Position numbers and translations under genes: made by a program. This document shows, piece by piece, positions 62,630 through 64,000 of a stretch of 64,000 nt of DNA. Below the pieces are notes generated by a model. The model was not told the origin of the DNA, made no database searches, and was given only the letters and a program-made list of their open reading frames with translations. The stretch's first letter is position 1, and each line of letters opens with the position of its first letter. Source of the stretch: Candidatus Omnitrophota bacterium (GTDB taxonomy: Bacteria; Omnitrophota; Gorgyraeia; Duberdicusellales; 4484-171); contig JBDRDJ010000004.1 of NCBI GenBank assembly GCA_043820815.1, positions 14,956-78,955 of the forward strand. Reading direction: 5' to 3'.

Positions 62630-64000
62630 ATGATGAAAAGCAAAAGTAAAAACCTAATTATAGCTTTAAATCAAACCAAGCAAGCGCCTTTATTTTTTAT
62701 TAAAATTATATTAATAACAGCTATGCTTTGTTCTTTTTCAACCGATATTTATGCACGTGGTGGAAGTAGACAACCAACCAAGGAAGATCCGATATCAATG
62801 CCAACTCCTCTTTTGCATGATCAGCCATCATCTGTCCCGGCAGTAGTGACAAGAACACCGCTTTCAGTTAATAATCCATCAGCATTTTCGTCACCGACAA
62901 GGCCTTTTATGCCAACAGCACCTTCTCGATCATGGTCGTCTGTAACTGCTCCAGGAACATTGCCAAGAATTCCACAGCCTGTTTCTCCGGCAGTTACAGG
63001 AAATTCGCCGTCTTTATCAAGGCCGGCATTGCCAAGTATGCGGCCTAATTCAAGCGCAGCGCTAACCCACAATATCCAGCCTGTTGCACGAGCTAATTCC
63101 AGCCGATTGACTGCGGTTTCGCCTGTGGTAAATCCACTTACTGCGGTTGTGTCTTCGCCAATGCCATCGGGCCGATTGAATAACCCGACGGCAATAACAG
63201 CTAATAGCCGTCCAAGTTTAACCATGCCTGATTCTTCTGCAAGATTAAGGCCAGAGGTAATTGCAACAACTGCTGTGCCTGCCATGCCGCGAATGCAGGA
63301 TTTTGCAATTCCTGCGGCAGTGCAGCCTCGGCCTCAAGCACAGCGTCCGGCGCTGCAGCCAGTTATAGCAGCAAGAGAACCATTGCAAAGAATGGCAATG
63401 CCAAGAGTTGAGCCAATTCACCGCATCCAGCCGCAAGCAATGGCAGCCATGCCAAGAGTTGCGCCTGTTGAACGAGTTAACCCGCAGATGGCAAATATTC
63501 CAATGCCGAATAGTTTAAGAAACACGCAATACAATCCAAGTTTGCGCCCTCAAATAAATAACTTTGCAATGTTTACCCATGCACAAGCGGCCATTCGTAA
63601 CCATAGTGTTATGAGTAGGTTATCAATTAGCCCAATTTCTCAACCTATTTATAATATCAAGAGCAATTTTGCATCCGCGGCAAATCGTAACGTATCTTTT
63701 AACAATCATTTAAATCAAAGTTTTATAAAAACCGCAAACTTATCGCTGAATTCTCAAAGCGCGTTTAACCCGGCATTTTCTAAAATGGCAAAGTTAAACC
63801 CGCAATTGGCGCCGCGTAATAATTATAAATTAAATAATACTGCGCAATTAAATGCTGCCTTTAAACCTTCATTCGCCGGTTTAAGCGATGTTTCTCTAAG
63901 GCCGATAAAACAACCAGCATCTTTAGCTGTGCAAAAGCCGCTTATGCCGGGAAGTTTAAACGCGAGCCTTATGCGATTTACATATCTCTCTAAGAATTTA
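62630..64000 (+). CDS. Secreted Pro/Ala/Ser-rich protein, 3' end beyond the window (absent from the ORF track)
   Basis: AGGAGG RBS 62621-62626, ATGATG start, signal peptide LFFIKIILITAMLCSFSTDIYA. I translated 457 codons by eye to the window end without a stop; contains repeats MPRVEP/MPRVAP. Confidence 0.65.
   Translation, partial: MMKSKSKNLIIALNQTKQAPLFFIKIILITAMLCSFSTDIYARGGSRQPTKEDPISMPTPLLHDQPSSVPAVVTRTPLSVNNPSAFSSPTRPFMPTAPSRSWSSVTAPGTLPRIPQPVSPAVTGNSPSLSRPALPSMRPNSSAALTHNIQPVARANSSRLTAVSPVVNPLTAVVSSPMPSGRLNNPTAITANSRPSLTMPDSSARLRPEVIATTAVPAMPRMQDFAIPAAVQPRPQAQRPALQPVIAAREPLQRMAMPRVEPIHRIQPQAMAAMPRVAPVERVNPQMANIPMPNSLRNTQYNPSLRPQINNFAMFTHAQAAIRNHSVMSRLSISPISQPIYNIKSNFASAANRNVSFNNHLNQSFIKTANLSLNSQSAFNPAFSKMAKLNPQLAPRNNYKLNNTAQLNAAFKPSFAGLSDVSLRPIKQPASLAVQKPLMPGSLNASLMRFTYLSKNL

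Noticed and set aside
62821-63436. Minus-strand ORFs 62821-63285 and 63245-63436
   Set aside because: They lie antisense to a longer + strand ORF that has an RBS and a signal peptide. They have no RBS and show Gly/Val/Ala shadow-frame composition.

Overview
Low-GC bacterial chromosomal window with strong AGGAGG ribosome-binding sites and TTGACA/TATAAT-type promoters; TAA, TAG and TGA are all used as stops. No tools were available, so product calls rest on motif recognition from memory and on structure read directly from the sequence. The organism cannot be identified from this window. Layout: (i) 1-31.2 kb is mostly housekeeping on the + strand: pdxJ, acpS, nnrD, a tRNA cluster (Thr, Tyr, Gly) in which tRNA-Tyr(GUA) is split by a 230-nt group I intron, gpsA, two type IV pilin-like genes, a Fur-headed metal cluster (DUF5320, NifX-like, FeoAB, CbiM), tRNA-Pro, a PilZ gene, hom-thrC, argS, recJ, rpmB, a Ski2-like helicase, a PaaX-like regulator, tRNA-Leu/tRNA-Ala, nfo, leuS and comEA-comEC. 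(ii) 31.3-55.3 kb is a large atypical Tad/Flp-like pilus locus. It holds cpaB, a secretin fused to a TonB-C-like domain, a TadZ-TadA fusion plus a second CpaF-like ATPase, and an HTH protein. It also holds 16 genes whose products start with a K-[KS]-[AST]-Q-[SA]-x-x-[ED]-Y-like class III signal N-terminus (nine in tandem), including TadE/F/G-like proteins. Insertions follow (a four-helix-bundle cassette in AT-rich inverted repeats, a RAYT with REP hairpins, a DinG-like helicase, an AAA ATPase) before tadB-tadC. (iii) 55.3-64 kb encodes secreted proteins of unknown function: a 1426-aa protein flanked by two paralogous Cys-containing proteins, and a Pro/Ala-rich protein that runs off the window and is missing from the ORF track. 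Non-coding highlights are a ~108-nt two-hairpin leader present three times directly in front of start codons (PilZ gene, a small secreted protein, the secretin) and a promoter-leader-terminator module repeated four times (in front of the HTH gene, the pilin array, the giant gene and the Pro-rich gene). Three apparent 1-nt deletions (leuS, feoB, a pilin gene) look more like assembly errors than gene decay.
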